Both the position numbers and the translations under genes were made by a program. 64,000 nt of DNA from Dictyostelium discoideum (taxonomy: Eukaryota): NCBI GenBank assembly GCA_000004695.1, contig CM000152.2, positions 1,088,001-1,152,000 of the forward strand. Direction: 5' to 3'. The notes beneath the pieces are model-generated. The model was not told where the DNA came from, did no database searches, and was given only the letters and a program-made list of their open reading frames with translations. This document shows, piece after piece, positions 63,889 to 64,000 of this stretch. How positions within the stretch are numbered: position 1 is the stretch's first letter; each line of letters opens with the position of its first letter.

Positions 63889-64000
63889 ATTATTACTTCA
63901 TACGTTAAATAATTATTATTAATTTTTTAATACCACACAATTGTTATTATTTTTTCTCAATTTAATTAATTTATTGAAAAAAAAAAAAAAAAAAAAAAAA

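Overview
The window is strongly AT-rich (about 75-80% A+T) and packed with (AAT)n, (CAA)n and (ATT)n tracts that encode poly-Asn and poly-Gln runs. Introns are short (65-185 nt, GT..AG), and one tRNA gene carries a downstream extra B box. All of this is typical of a Dictyostelium-type social-amoeba nuclear chromosome; the organism assignment is an inference from those signatures. I support about 27 protein-coding genes, several of them multi-exon models that the ORF track did not show, plus one tRNA gene. They encode a PLPHP/YggS protein, a cytochrome b5-reductase fusion, a HIG1 protein, a GATase1-like protein, an MFS transporter, dynactin p25, a PHD-TFIIS-SPOC protein, two DUF829 paralogues, an NDUFAF7-like methyltransferase, RRP36, cytochrome b5, a BAR-RhoGAP, a Dis3L2-like RNase, an ankyrin protein, a SAM-ZNFX1-like helicase with NF-X1 and RZ fingers, two RING-H2 transmembrane paralogues, an F-box protein, CstF-50, a degenerate SNF2 C-lobe protein, and a VAP. 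The RNA gene is tRNA-Lys(UUU) with an ex-B box. There is a roughly 4 kb gene-free cluster of complex repeats at 10.1-14.3 kb and a 100-N assembly gap at 16409-16508. No CRISPR arrays, rRNA genes or prokaryote-style operons are present. Coordinates were derived by hand and may be off by 1-3 nt at splice junctions.
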